From the NCBI GenBank assembly GCA_004431415.1, contig QPMI01000144.1:1-64000 (forward strand): a DNA stretch of 64,000 nucleotides, in the 5' to 3' direction. This DNA comes from Cyanophora paradoxa CCMP329 (Eukaryota; Plantae; Glaucophyta). Below the pieces are notes generated by a model. The model saw only the letters and a program-made list of their open reading frames with translations, was not told the origin of the DNA and did not search any database. Shown one piece after another: positions 24,341 to 37,360 of this stretch. The translations under genes and the position numbers were made by a program. Within the stretch, counting starts at the first letter, position 1, and each line of letters starts with the position of its first letter.

Positions 24341-24758
24341 TGTGTTGCGCCAAGGACTAGGGTTTCGCCGTCAAGAGCGGTGGGATCGTCGAGGCTGGGA
24401 GAGGAAGCAAGTTAGGGGGGTACGGGGTCGAAACCGGAGCCGCTGCCTTCTTCCGGCGCATCCTGCACCCCGCGTGACCGTCCTCGGCGTCAGCAAGCAC
24501 ACAGGAAGCGATCCGAGCGACGGACGCGGCGAGCACGAGCCTGACGTGCTCTTGTTCTTGTGCGCGATTTGGGTTGAAGATGGAACCGGCACCGGAACGC
24601 CGGCTCCGTGCAGGAATCGGCACATCGAGCAGCTCACACGCATCTTAAGCGAGCCGTGCGACCTCAGAAGCGCAGCAGCGCTTCTTGCTAGACTATAGCT
24701 ATAGCCTCCGATCGGCCGGGATCGGGAGAGCGTTGACGCAGATCTAGGGCCGGCTCTT

Positions 24759-27700
24759 ATGAACCAAATCCACAACGCCGCAGTCGCAATGGAGCAGCCT
24801 GTAGCGCTTGCGGCCGACCCCTCCGTTCACATTCGCCCGAGTTCCACGCCGAACGTGATGTCGTTCCAGCTGCGAGACTCCCCCGCGCCGCCGCTCGGCG
24901 TCGAGTACGTCGAGCCTATGCCAACATTCACAGGTGCGCGTCGCCCGCACGGACGCCGCGCGTCCCGGCGCGCGCTGAGCGCTAGCGCGTACGTATACGT
25001 ACGCGGCGCAGAGAAGGGAGTCGCCGCCGCCGCCGCCGAGAAAGGAGACGGAAGAAAGACGGATCAGAAGAAGGATGCCACGGAGGAGAGGAAGAAACCG
25101 GACCCGGATAAGATGGTGCCCTCCTGCCCTCCTGCCCTCCCGGCCCGGCCCTCAGTGAGCACCCGCACTCGCCCGACGCGCCGGCGCAGGTCTCGTTCTC
25201 CTCGCTGCTCTTCCGCTTTGCGACGCCCACGGACAAGCTGATCATGCTCCTGGGGGCGGTCGGCGCCGTCGCCAACGGCGGCGCTCTCCCCGCCTTCGCC
25301 ATCATCTTCGTGCGCCGCGCCCTCCGGCCCGCCAGCCGGCCCCCGCGCCGCCCCCCGCCCCTGACGGCCTCCCGTGCGCGCAGGGAGAAATGATGAACGT
25401 GAGCCACTGGGCCGCTGAGCGGCTCGGGCCGGCGCCGCCGCTCACGACCGCCCGCGCGCAGAGCCTCAACAGCGCGGACATCGAGGGCCAGGCGCGCCAG
25501 CGACCCCAGCTGTCGCCGCAGCCGCCCCGTCCCGCCCCGCCCCGCCGACCGGCGCGCGCAGGTTGGGTACTACGCCAAGGTCTTCGTGCTCCTGGGCGTG
25601 GGCCTTTTCTTCGCCTCCTGGTGCGGCGTACCCTCCCCGCCCCGCTTTAGGAGTACCCCTCCGTGACGCTCCAGGGGGCGCGCAGGCTGGAGACGGGCCT
25701 GTGGATGATCAACTCGGAGCGGCAGAGCCGCCGCATCCGGACGGCGCTGCTCAAGTCCATGCTGCGCCAGGAGGCGTGCCCCGGGCCCGGACCCTCCCTC
25801 GCACCGAGACGTCCCCGCCGGGATTCGAGCCGGGGCCTCCCCTACCGCCCGCAGGTGGCCTGGTTCGACGGCCACAAGCCCGGCGAGCTCTCCTCCCGCA
25901 TCAACGCCGACGTCAAGCTCATCCAGGATGCGTGCGTACCCCCTTCTCATCCGCCGCTGTACCCCCGGGCCGACGGTACCGGTTGAGGCCGGGCGCCCCG
26001 CAGCATCGGAGAGAAGGTGGGCAGTGCCATACACCACAACGCGACGTTCGTCGGTGCGGCGCCGCACCGACGTCGGGGCCCGGGCCGCCGGCCCGCGGCC
26101 GATGAACGGCCCCCCCCGCAGCCGGGATGGCGGTCGGATTTGCCAAGGGCTGGCACCTCGCGCTGCTGATCATGGGGGTACGCAGCCCCTGCGCCGGGGC
26201 TCGAGCTTGAGCTCCTTTCCTCGAGCCCGTCGCGATCGCCAGGTCATTCCGTTTCTGGGCGCCTGCGGGGCCGTCATGGCGAAGCTCGTCGTGCGCCCCC
26301 TCCTCCTCCTCGGCGCCGGCGTACCCCCCGTACGCCCGCTGAGGCTCTGCACAGAGCCAGGCGAGCCAGAGCGGCCAGGGCGCCTACGCCAAGGCCGGCG
26401 ACGTCGCCGACGAGGCGAGCGTACCGTACCCCCCCCCCCCCCCCCTCCCGGCTTCGTCCCGGAAGCAGAGCCCGCGGCCGATGCCGACCGGCCCGCCGGG
26501 CTCCCCCCGCAGGCCATCACGAGCGTGCGCACCGTCGTGTCTCATTGCGGGGAGAAGCGCGAGCAGGTGCTGGCCCCGCCGCCCCGCCCCGTCCCCGCCG
26601 GCGGCCTGCCCACGCCGCCGGGGAGCAGGAGCGCTACCGCGAGAACCTGCAGGAGGCGCGCCGCTTCGGGATGAAGAAGGGGTGCGCGGAGCGAGGCGGC
26701 ACCCCGCGCGCTTGGCAGGCCCGAACTCGTGTCCCCGCGCAGGCTCAGCGCGGGGATGTCGGTCGGGGCGATGATGCTCGTCATGTTCTGCACCTACGGC
26801 CTCGCCTTCTGGTGCGAGCCCGCGCTGCCCCGCCCCCCGCCCGCCCGCCAGCACCCCCTCACCCCGCCCCCAGGTTCGGGTCCTGGCTCATCCAGCACGA
26901 GGCGCGTCGGCCGCGCCCCTTCCTTTTCCGCCTCCTCCCTCTCCCCTCGAACCGCGTGCGGCAGGTGTGGAACCCGGCGCGGGGCGGGATCTACACGGGG
27001 GGCGACATCATGACCGTCCTCTTCGCGATCGTCATGGGCGCCTTCGGCGTCGGGTCCGCTCCCCGCGCCCCCGCCGGCGCCCAGCGCGGCCGCCTGACCC
27101 GCCGCGCAGGCAAGCGGCGCCGAGCTTCCCCGTCATCGCGGATGGGCGCGGGGCGGCGTTCACCGTCTGGGCCATCTGCGACCGCAAGTCCAGGCGCCCC
27201 CCGCTCCATGCCGCGGGCCCCGGGTCGGAGCTGCGCGCCCGCTGAGCGGCGCCGGCGCCGCAGCATCGACGTCTTCGAGGGGAGCGGGGAGAGCCTCCCC
27301 TCCCTCACCGTGCGCGCCCCTCTCCTGGCGCGCCTCCCGCCCCGCCGGCCTCTGACGGGCGGGGCCGGCGGGGCGCAGGGCGACATCGACTTCCGCGGCG
27401 TCGAGTTCACTTACGCGCGCCCCCCGCGCGAGCCCCGCCCCGCCCCGCCGCGCTGAGGCGCGGGGGCAGCCGACGCGGGCGGACGTGCCGATCCTGCGGG
27501 GCGCCTCCCTCTCCGTGCGCCGCGGCGAGACCGTCGCCCTCGTCGGCCACTCCGGCTGCGGTGCGCCCGCCCCGCGCCGGCCCGAGCCGCCCCGGGCGCG
27601 GCCGGGCCAGGCCTGGGGCGCGCCCTCCGAGGCCGACGCCGGCGGCAGGCAAGAGCACGTGCATGCAGCTGGTCCTCCGCTACTACGACCCCGCCGTGCG

Positions 27701-30700
27701 CCCCGCGCCTCCTCCCCGGGGGCGGGCCCTCCCTGAGCGGGGGCGCTGGCAGGCGGGGGCGGTGACGGTGGACGGGCGGGACCTCAAGCAGCTCAACGTG
27801 CGCTGGTGGCGCTCCCAGATCGGCCTCGTCGGCCAGGCACGCCCCCTCCGCCCGCGGCCGTCCCCTCGCTCCTCCGGCGAGCGCGGGGCGCAGGAGCCGG
27901 TACTCTTCGCCACATCCATCGCCGAGAACATCCGCGTGCGCCCCCGCCCGCGAGCTTCTCCCGCCGCCGCCTTCTGCCGCCCCTGACCCCGCCACCGCCG
28001 CCAGATGGGGAAGGAGGACGCGACGATGGACGAGATCGTCGCCGCCTGCAAGGTCCGACCCGCCCGCCCGCCGCCACGGGCCCCGGGGCGCCTCCGAGTC
28101 GAGCCCTCCGGATCTCGCCAGGCGGCGAACGCGCACGACTTCATCTCGAAGATGCCCAAGGGCTACGACACCTACGTCGGCGACATCGGTGCCCGCCGCC
28201 CATCCAGCGGCTCGCTCGCCGCCGCCGCCGCCCACCGCCGCCGCCGCCGCCGCCGCCGCCCGCAGGCGCGCAGCTCTCGGGGGGGCAGAAGCAGCGGATC
28301 GCGATCGCGCGGGCGCTGATCAAGAACCCCCGCATCCTCCTCCTCGACGAGGTCCGCCGGCCACGCGCCCCCGGAGCCCCCCTCCGACCCTCGCCCCCGC
28401 CCGCCCGCCGCTCACCGTCGCGCCGCAGGCGACGTCGGCGCTGGACACGCAGAGCGAGCGGGTCGTGCAGGAGGCGCTGGACCGCCTCATGCGGGGCCGC
28501 ACCACCATCGGTGCCCCCCGAGCGGCCCCGCCACCGCCGCCGCGCCTCACCGGCCGCTCGCAGTGATCGCGCACCGGCTCTCGACGATCCAGAAGGCGGA
28601 CCGCATCTACGTCTTCGAGGCCGGGGTGCGCGGGGCCGCCAGGAGCCGGGGGGCGTCTCGCTGAGGGGGCGGGGCAGGCGGTGGCGGAGGAGGGGACGCA
28701 CGAGGCGCTGATGGCCCGGGGCGGCCTCTACGCCGGCCTCGTCCACGCCCAGGCGCGCATGCCCCCGGCCCCGCCTCCAGCTCCCTTCCGCCCGCTCCAC
28801 TCCGTTCGCCGGCGCCGGCGCGGTGCTGAGCCATTCTTGGCCGATCGATCGCGGCAGTCGGCGAAGAAAGACGAGGAGCGCGACACGAAGGTCCGCCGGG
28901 CCCCCGCGCCCCTCGTACCAGATCTGATCTGATCGCGTCGCGCCCCCCGCACAGGCGATGGAGGCGGCGGGGCCGCAGGGGGACCCCGACGCGCTCCTGC
29001 CCGCCCCTGCAGTGCGCCCGGGCCCCGGCCCCGGGCCCGCCCGCGCGGCTCTGATCGGCTCCCCCCCCCCCTCTCCTCCGGGCTCCCCTCTCTCAGGCCG
29101 CCGCGCTAGCGCTCCCGGGGGCCCAGTCGGTGCGCGGCAGCGCATGCGAGGGCCCGATAAGCCGACGGCGGCCCGATGAGCCGACGGCGGCCCCCGCGCG
29201 CAGATGCAGAAGGCGCGCTGGACGGGCCCCGCGCCAGCGCCGGCCCGACGGCGGCCCGCCCCTTCAGCTCGGCCCCGGTGCGCGCCGCTCTGCGCCGGCC
29301 GCGCGCGCGCGCGTTGTCCGCGACGCGTGTCGGGCGCAGACTCGCCGGCTGAGAAGGAGGACGCGGAGGGCGAGGGCGGGAAGAAGAAGGGGAAGGCGGA
29401 GAAGATCGCCGTCCCCTGGGGTGCCCTCGATCCCTCCCCCGCCCCTCGTCCCGCGCCGCCCCGCCCTGCTGAGCTCCCGCAGGGCGGGTGATGAGGAGCG
29501 TCTCGGGGAAGTGGTGGCTCCTCCTCCTCGGTGCCCGGCGCCGCGCCCCCGCGAGGCGGAAGGGACGGGCTGAGGGGCCGGGGCGGGGCGGGGCGGGGCA
29601 GGGGCGCTGGGGGGCCTGGGGAACGGGACCGTGATGCCCATCTTCGCGGTCCTCTTCTCCGAGATCCTCGCCGTCTTCTTCAAGTCCGCCCCCCGGAGCA
29701 GTCAGAGCATCTAAGACTCCCAGAAGCCCTAAGCTGCTAGATTAATTATAAGTGTATTTGAGCGTTGTTCTAGCTTTTCAAGCTCTCATGATCATTGGCA
29801 TCAGCCTCTGTATAAATCCTCGCCGTACTCTTCAAGCGCGCCCCCCGGACCTCACCGTGACCGTCGCGCAGGCCGTGGAGCGGGGAGACGGAGGGTGAGG
29901 CGCGCTTCTGGTCCCTCATGTTCGTCGCCATCGGCGGCGCCATCTTCGCCTTCACCCTCACCAAGGTGTGCATGCCTTTAGTTTCTGCGCCAATTCCCTG
30001 GCCGGCGCTCACCCGGCCCGCGCCCCGCCAGATCGCGTGCTTCGACATCGTGCGCGCCCTCGGCGCCGCCGCCGGCCTCGGCTCACGGGCGGGCGGGGGC
30101 AGGTCGGGGAGCACCTCACGTACCGCCTCCGCCTCGACACCTTCCGGTGCCCCCCCGCCCCCGCCCGCCCGCCGCCGCCGCCGACGCTGGGCCGCGCTGC
30201 AGGGCGATCCTGCGGCAGGAGATCGCCTGGTTCGACGAGGAGAAGAACTCGGCCCGCATCGTGCGCCCGCGCCCGGCGCCGGCGCCCGATGAGCCCGAGG
30301 GGTCTGACGGGCGCCGCTCGGCTCGGCGCGCAGGTGACGACGAACCTGCAGACGGACGCGTCGCTCGTGCAGGGCGCCACCACCGCCCGCGTCCGCCCCC
30401 GCCCCGCCCCTCCCCCTCGCCGCCGGCCCGGCCTCGGCGGCCGACGCGACCCCCCGCCGTGCCGCAGCTGGGGATGATGTGCGAGCTGGTGTCGACCGTG
30501 ACGACCGGCCTCGTCATCGCCTTCGTCTCCGGCTGGAAACTCGCCCTCGTCACCCTCGCCGTCGGTGCCTGCCTCTCCTCTCCCCTCCTTTCCGCTTCTT
30601 CCACGCCCTGAGTACTAGTGCGCCCGCGCAGCGCCGACGATCGCCTTCTCGGAAGTGCTGCAGTTCAAGTTCATGACGGGCTTCAGCGCGGGGCGCAACG

Positions 30701-33223
30701 CCTACGAGCAGGCGGGGAAGCTCGCCGGCGACACCGTCGCCAACATCCGCACCGTCGCCAGGTCCGCGGGGCCGCCCCCCGCCGGCGCGGCCTCCTCCGA
30801 CGCCCCGCCGGCCGGCCGCGCAGCTTCGTGAGCGAGCAGCGGCTGCTGGGCGCGTACGACGCGCTCCTGGCGACGCCGCAGCGCGCGGGCGTGAAGAAGG
30901 CGCACGTCTCCGGCATCAGCTTCGGTGCCCTGCGCGCGCGAGCTGCGGGCGATGGGGCGCATGCGCAGCTCACCCCGCCCCTCCACGGCGCAGGGCTCTC
31001 GCAGTTCTGCAACTTTGCGGCCCAGGCCTTCATCTTCTGGTGGGCGGCCCCTCCCGTCGCCCCCGGCCGCCCTCGGGCCCGCCTCACCTCGCCGCGCCGC
31101 GCAGGTACGGCGCGAGGCTGATCGCGAACGGCGAGATGAACTTCATGAACGTGCGCCCCCCGTAATTATAACCCCGGATCCGGACCCTACCAACACTCCC
31201 GCCCCGCGCACAGATGATCCGGACGATGATGGCGATAGTGGTGCGCGGCAGCAGCGCTGAGCTCCGCGCCCCGCCGGGCCCCGCCTGACCGCTTCTCCCC
31301 GCCCTGCCGCAGATGACGGTCGGGCCTCCCCGAGCCCCTCTCACCCACCCTCCCGCCCCTCCCGCCCCGCTCCTAACTCGGTGAGCGCAGGCGATGGGCG
31401 CGGGGCAGATCCACTCGCTGGCGCCCGACTACGAGAAGGCGGTGGCGGCGTGCGGCAAGATCTTCGGCCTCCTCGACCGCGTCGTGCGGCCCCGTCCCGC
31501 CCCGCCCGGCCGGGGGCGGGGCCTGACTGCCGCCTGGCGGGGGCAGCCGGGGATCGACTCGGAGAGCGAGGCGGGGGAGCGGCTGCAGGTCGAGCGGGGC
31601 GAGCTGACCCTCCACAACGTCCACTTCCGCTACGTGCGCCCCGCCCCCGCCCGCGCGCCCCCGCCCCCGGGGCCCTCACTGGGGCGGGGCAGCCGACGCG
31701 GCCGGGGGTGCCGATCCTGCGCGGCCTCGACCTCACCGTCCCCGCCGGCAAGACCCTCGCCCTCGTCGGGCCTTCCGGCTGCGGCAAGGCCCGCCCGACC
31801 CGGCCCCGCCCCGCCTTGCACCCGCCTCGAGCATCTCCCTAACGCGAGGCGGGCTGCAGAGCACGGTGATGCAGCTGGCGCAGCGCTTCTACGACCCCGA
31901 GCAGGGCGCCGTCCTCGTCGACGGCCGCGACCTCAGGCGCGCCAGCGCCCGGGCCGGCGCGCTTGCCTCGCCCCGGGGGCCCTGCACCTGACGCTCGCGG
32001 CAGGACGCTGCACGTGAAGCACCTGAGGCAGCAGGTGGGCGCAGCCCCTCGGGGCCCGGCTCGGCTCGGCGGGGCGGGCGGGGGGCTGAGGCCTAGGGGG
32101 CGGGGCGGGGCGGGCAGGTGGGGATCGTGGCGCAGGAGCCCGTCCTCTTCGCCGCCTCCATCCGCGACAACGTCCGCCCCGCCCCGCCCCGCTGCACCGC
32201 CCCGTTGGGCGGTGCGGGGTTCGCGGGCCTTGGGCGCGGCCTGACGGTCGCGCTCGCGCGGGGCGGCAGATCCGGTACGGGCGGCCGGAGGCGTCGGACG
32301 GGGAGGTCGAGCAGGCGGCGCGCGCCGCCAACATCCACGACTTCATCGCCTCCCTCCCCGCCGGCGTCCGCCACCCCCGCCCTCCCTGCTCCCGCCGTCT
32401 TTCCCCGCGCTCTTCTGACGCGGGCGGGGCAGTACGAGACGTACGTGGGGACGCGGGGCTCGCAGCTCTCCGGAGGGCAGAAGCAGCGGATCGCCATCGC
32501 GCGCGCCGTCCTCAAGAACCCCCGCATCCTCCTCCTCGACGAGGCCCGCCCTAAAATTAGCTCCCCTCTGTCCGGTCCGCGCTGCTGCCTGAGCACTCGC
32601 TCGCGCGCTCGCGAGCGCAGGCGACGTCGGCGCTGGACACGCAGTCGGAGCGGGTCGTGCAGGAGGCCCTCGACCGGGTCATGCAGGGCCGCACCACCGT
32701 CGGTCCGCCCCCCGGCCCCCTGCCTTCCTTCGCGACCGCGCCTGTTTTGCGCTCTCGCGGCCTGAGCCGCCCGGTAGTCGTCGCGCACCGCCTCTCCACC
32801 GTCCGCAACGCCCACCTCATTGCCTTCATTCGGGTGCGCCCGCCGCCCCGGCCCGGCCCGGCCCGCCACGGGGGCGGATGCTGAGGGCGGGGTCGGGGCC
32901 GGGGCAGGAGGGGCGGGTGGCGGAGGCGGGGACGCACGAGGAGCTCGTTGCCCGCAACGGCCACTACGCCCAGGTCCGCCTCGCCCCCAGGACTCCGCCC
33001 CCGCCCCCGCCCCGTCCCCCGAGAGCGCTAGCTCGAGCTTTCTAGTCTGCCTCCGAGGCTCAAACATTAGCTTCATTCACAAACATTCAAAAATAATTCT
33101 CAAGCCTGCCCCCCTCGCGATCGCCCCCATGGCCACGCTCCTGTGCGCTGATCATGAGCCCGGGCCCTCGCACCGCGCGCGCAGCTGGTGCGGCAGGGGC
33201 AGCTCCACCGCGCCCCCGCGTGA
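24759..33223 (+). CDS. Host ABCB/MDR (P-glycoprotein-like) full transporter with dozens of short introns
   Basis: Two TMD-NBD halves: [60 protein letters not shown], each present twice or in close variants. Confidence 0.95.
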
Positions 33224-33835
33224 CCCCGGCCCCGCCCCTCCTCGCCACTTCCGCGCCACCCCGCACCCAAACCGGCAAACTTAGTACTCCCGGCGAACTT
33301 TGGTTTTCCAATTGCAGCTGCGAGCATGCATATTTTCCATTAGGTTCACTAAACGCTTGCAGAACTCTACCGTACCGATGTAGATTTAGAGTTTCATGAG
33401 GATCGGTCTAGGTCTGTCTTTACGTTCACATTGTACAGTTGCTAGATGCTCTCTCCTCGCGTTGTGCACTTCCTCGTCTTCGTTTTCCTCCCTCGCGATC
33501 GCGTCCATGGCCTCCAACGGTGATTTTCTCTTTCTGTTTTTCCTGTTTTCTTTTCGAGTGACGTAGGACGATGGACGACATCGCGAATACGTTTTCGGGT
33601 CGAAAGAGACACATGTTGCACAACTGGTTGTCGAGATCTAGACAATAACCATTGATCGTGAGATATGTCTCAGTGTGCGCCATGATGCAAAACCAGTATT
33701 TGTGCACGCACGTAAACTGGTTTCAAATTTGCAATGACATGACATTTTTGGTTTTCTGTTGGCTGCTAGATCTCTAGATCTCCTGCCGTGTCTCCGACTC
33801 TGCCGCAGTGCCCCTTCTGCTCCTGTCAACCCCGG

Positions 33836-35445
33836 ATGGCGGCCTGCTCTAGATCTGGCGTCTTCGGAGACCGGGTCGAAGGCCTAGGGCGTCCCCGTGC
33901 GCGTTTCGCTTTCGTGTGCGCGCTCGCGGCCGTCGGCCTCCTGCTCCAGTGCCGCACCGCTCTCGCGGAGTGCGAGTTTGCCGATGGTCCCGGTCCCGGT
34001 GAGAACGCGTACGCCTTCACCTAGCTTTAATTTGCGTTGTCGACACGTTTGACGTCTTCGATTCTGCCACAGAGGGGACGTCGGCGCTCGACCTTTATCC
34101 CGCTGCACTGACCCCTGTCACCTCACGCTCGGTGCGCATGCCGCGGCTGCTCGTTTCGCCGGCATGCGCAGGCAGGTCACGCTGTCCGAGGCTCACCCGC
34201 TTAGCGGGCAGGGCACAATTACGGGGAGCGAGCTCGGCGTGCAGGCCCTCGCAGCCGGCTCCTGCAGCTGCAAGGACCGCCTTGATTGCTGGAGCGACTA
34301 CGTCCAGGTGCGGCCGTTGAGCTCCCCGCGCGACTTTGAATCCTCCCAGACAGCCCGCGGGCCGGGGTCCCGTCGCGATCGTGCGCACGCGCAGTTCAAG
34401 TCGGGAGACTCGGAGGAGTCGCTCTCGCGCACGCTGATTCGCTTCGACCTGCCCTACTTGAAAGACGACGACTTCGACGCGTTAGGCGACGCCGAGCTCG
34501 CCGTCAAATTCCGCGGTGCACATGCACATGTTTATAAATTTATTAACGATATTTCACGTTCCTGATGTCGGTCGCCTAATTTGTTCATGTGCACGGCGCG
34601 GGCAGGCCCCGACGGCGGCTGGATTGCGTGGCGCTGGGATGTTCAAGACCAGATCACGAAGGAGTGGGTGTTACTCGGAAACAACTCTGGCATCTCCTGG
34701 CCCGATTCCTGGTGTGCTTTGCGCTTCGAATTATATTAATTACGATCGTCGTTGAACGTTCGCTGTAGGGTGTGGACGACGTTCAATTTCAAGCAGGGCG
34801 GCGCCGCCCGCTTCGTCGACCGCAGCGGCGCGAAGCCTGCAATCCAAGTCCGCCAGAGCTGCACCAGTGCGCATTATTTAGTGGCGTCGACCTGCAAAGC
34901 TCATTTTGGCCCTTTCACATTTTCTCGTGATTGACGGCCGCCGCAGCGACGAGGCCCGACGCGATGAACATCGACTTCATGCGCCTCCGTGTGCAGCTGC
35001 GCTCCGCCGGCTCCGGAATCCTCATCAACGGCACCTCGGCCTCTCAGGCGGTGCGTCGCCTCCGGAAATTCAAAATTTTGAGCCGAACCAAATTGAACTG
35101 ATCGCGACGGCGCTGTTCGGATTCGCAGACCGGAGGGATCGCGTTGGACCGGCCGGCGCGGAACGCGGGCCTCCCGAAGGTGCTCGTGGGCGACGACGGC
35201 CTCGGCGTCGTCCTCTTCCGCAGCACCGAGGGCTGCCCAAGCACCGCGTCCGCAATCTCGCTGTTGTTGAATGATTAAATTATCTAACTTCACGCTACAC
35301 GTCGTATACAAACTAAACCCCGTAATGGCAGGTACCTATCCGTGGCGCACTGCTCCGACAAGAACTGCACGAGTTTCGACAGCGAGCGGATGGTCTTCTC
35401 TTACAGGTTCTCCATCTTTCGCGCGCTTCAATTCGACCCGGGTGC

Positions 35446-35484
<39 letters not shown>

Positions 35485-37281
35485 TTCAGTTTCCAATCTA
35501 CGACATTTGTCCGTATGTGTTCTAATTCAGCGTGCGCTTTCGAATCCGGATTCGGCACCGGTATCGGCGGCGGATATATTTATAATTAGACTTTGCCATT
35601 GGAAGCGACGGCTTCCCCATCATTGCCGTGTCGCCCGATACCGGCCTTCGCTTCATTCACTGCCTGTGAGCAATCTCCTCAATCGATTCTTCTGAATGCG
35701 CGTTCTGAATCTTTAGATCTGGTGCTGAACTCTGCACAGAGACTACAGCTGTGAGAACACGGAGACCCGAAATTTCGCAGAGGTCCCAGCGACGCAAGGC
35801 ACCGTCCTCAGATCGAACGTCGCTCTGTCCGTTGGCGGGGACGGTTTGCCCATCATCGCTGTTGCAAGGACGGTACGGCATCTATAAGCGGGCCCCGCGG
35901 TACTCTGCCTGACCCTCAGCCGCGCGCAGAGCGAGCTGGTGTTCTGCCTGACCCTCAGCTGCGAGCGGGCGGTGACCGCGCCGTTCCGCCTGCCGGGCTT
36001 CCCGCCCACCTACAAGCCCGATGTCGCCGTCCCCTCCGACGGGAACCCCGTCGTCCTGTACAGCGTGCGCCCTGGGTGCCCGTTTTGCGCGCGCGGCGTG
36101 ATCGTACATGTGCCGTGCACGTGCACGTGATCGCGCGAAATTCGGATTCGAAGTTAAACCACAACGCGGAAGCCTGTGTTATTAAATCAAACCGCAATCC
36201 TCCTCTCTTCTCCTGATTCCATCGCGGCGTTTCAATTTTCGCAGTCCGGGACCAACGGATATTACGAAACCGACCAGTTCGTGAACGTGCGAATTTCACC
36301 GATCCATGGCCGGCCGCCTATCCGTACCCGTCTTGACATCTCCGGATTTGCGCTTGCAGATCGCGCGGTGCCGTGACCGGCGCTGCTCCGCCTTCGACGT
36401 GGGCCCCGAGCTGGGCGCCCCCGTCGGGCCGCTGCTCGTCGTCCCCTCTACCGGCGCCGGCGCGACGTCGACGCTCCTCGTCTTCAAGGTCGTCCGCCGC
36501 CAGCTGCCCCCGCCCTCAGGATCCCCATCCGCATCCGACGTGCCTCAAGTTCGTTCAATTATTAAAATTCAAGCCGTGTTGTACCAATCATCATTGAATG
36601 TGCCCGGCTTGCAGTACGAGAGCGCGATCCAAGTGGCGGACTGCGCGGGCGCGTCGTGCACCGGCCCGCTCGCCTTCCGCGACATCTTCTCCATTGCCAC
36701 CGCCGGCAACGAGCCCGGCGTCTCCCCGAGCTCCCTCTCCGCCGCCCTCAGCCCCGCCGGCCGGCCCCTGCTCGCTTTTGCCGTCGGGACGACCGTCTAC
36801 CAGGCGGAGTGCGCCGACGCCGTGTGCACAAGCGCCGAATCGAAGCCCGTTGTCGAGCGCCCGTGCGCCACCGCGCTCGACCAGGTGCGCCCCATGCGAT
36901 CGAATTTGAATTCGTTGTTTGGCGCCTGGCGCGAGGATGGCGATAGTAATGGATGTGACGGGCGGGCATGCGCAGGTCTCCATCGCCTCGCTGGGCGACG
37001 TCACTCTCGTCGCCTACACCCAGGGCGAGCGGGCGCGCACCCCGGCTTCAATAGAAAATTTGAAAAGCAATCTAGATCGTATCGGCTCACGCTCGCGGTT
37101 CGCCGCGGATGCGCAGGACCCCCTGCTGGCGGGGAAGGACATGGAGGCCTTCTCGCGCTTGTACATCGCCAAGCTCCCGCGGTGCGCTCGGCTTGCTGGC
37201 TCGACGTGTAACGTTCTTGGATTGACTTCGCTTATAACCAGGTACACTCGCCTCGCCTGCGCTCGCGTGGACTATCCTTGA
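33836..37281 (+). CDS. Host secreted protein with VAxCxDxxC repeats (beta-propeller-like), multi-exon
   Basis: Signal-like FAFVCALAAVGLLLQ; repeats VAHCSDKNCTSF, IARCRDRRCSAF, VADCAGASCT, AECADAVCTS. Confidence 0.6.
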
Positions 37282-37360
37282 TAATGATCACACTTGTTGT
37301 CATTGTCTCTGGACGGGATCTCCAATGTACAATTACAAAACGATTTATACGTAGACACCT

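Noticed and set aside
24982-33076. Numerous Arg/Pro/Gly/Ala-rich ORFs on both strands (also 552-1499 and 37278-38431)
   Set aside because: Shadow ORFs of GC-rich DNA, overlapping ABCB exons/introns, the LINE or the RING gene
35447-35484. Long poly-C tract
   Set aside because: Intronic homopolymer with no supporting context
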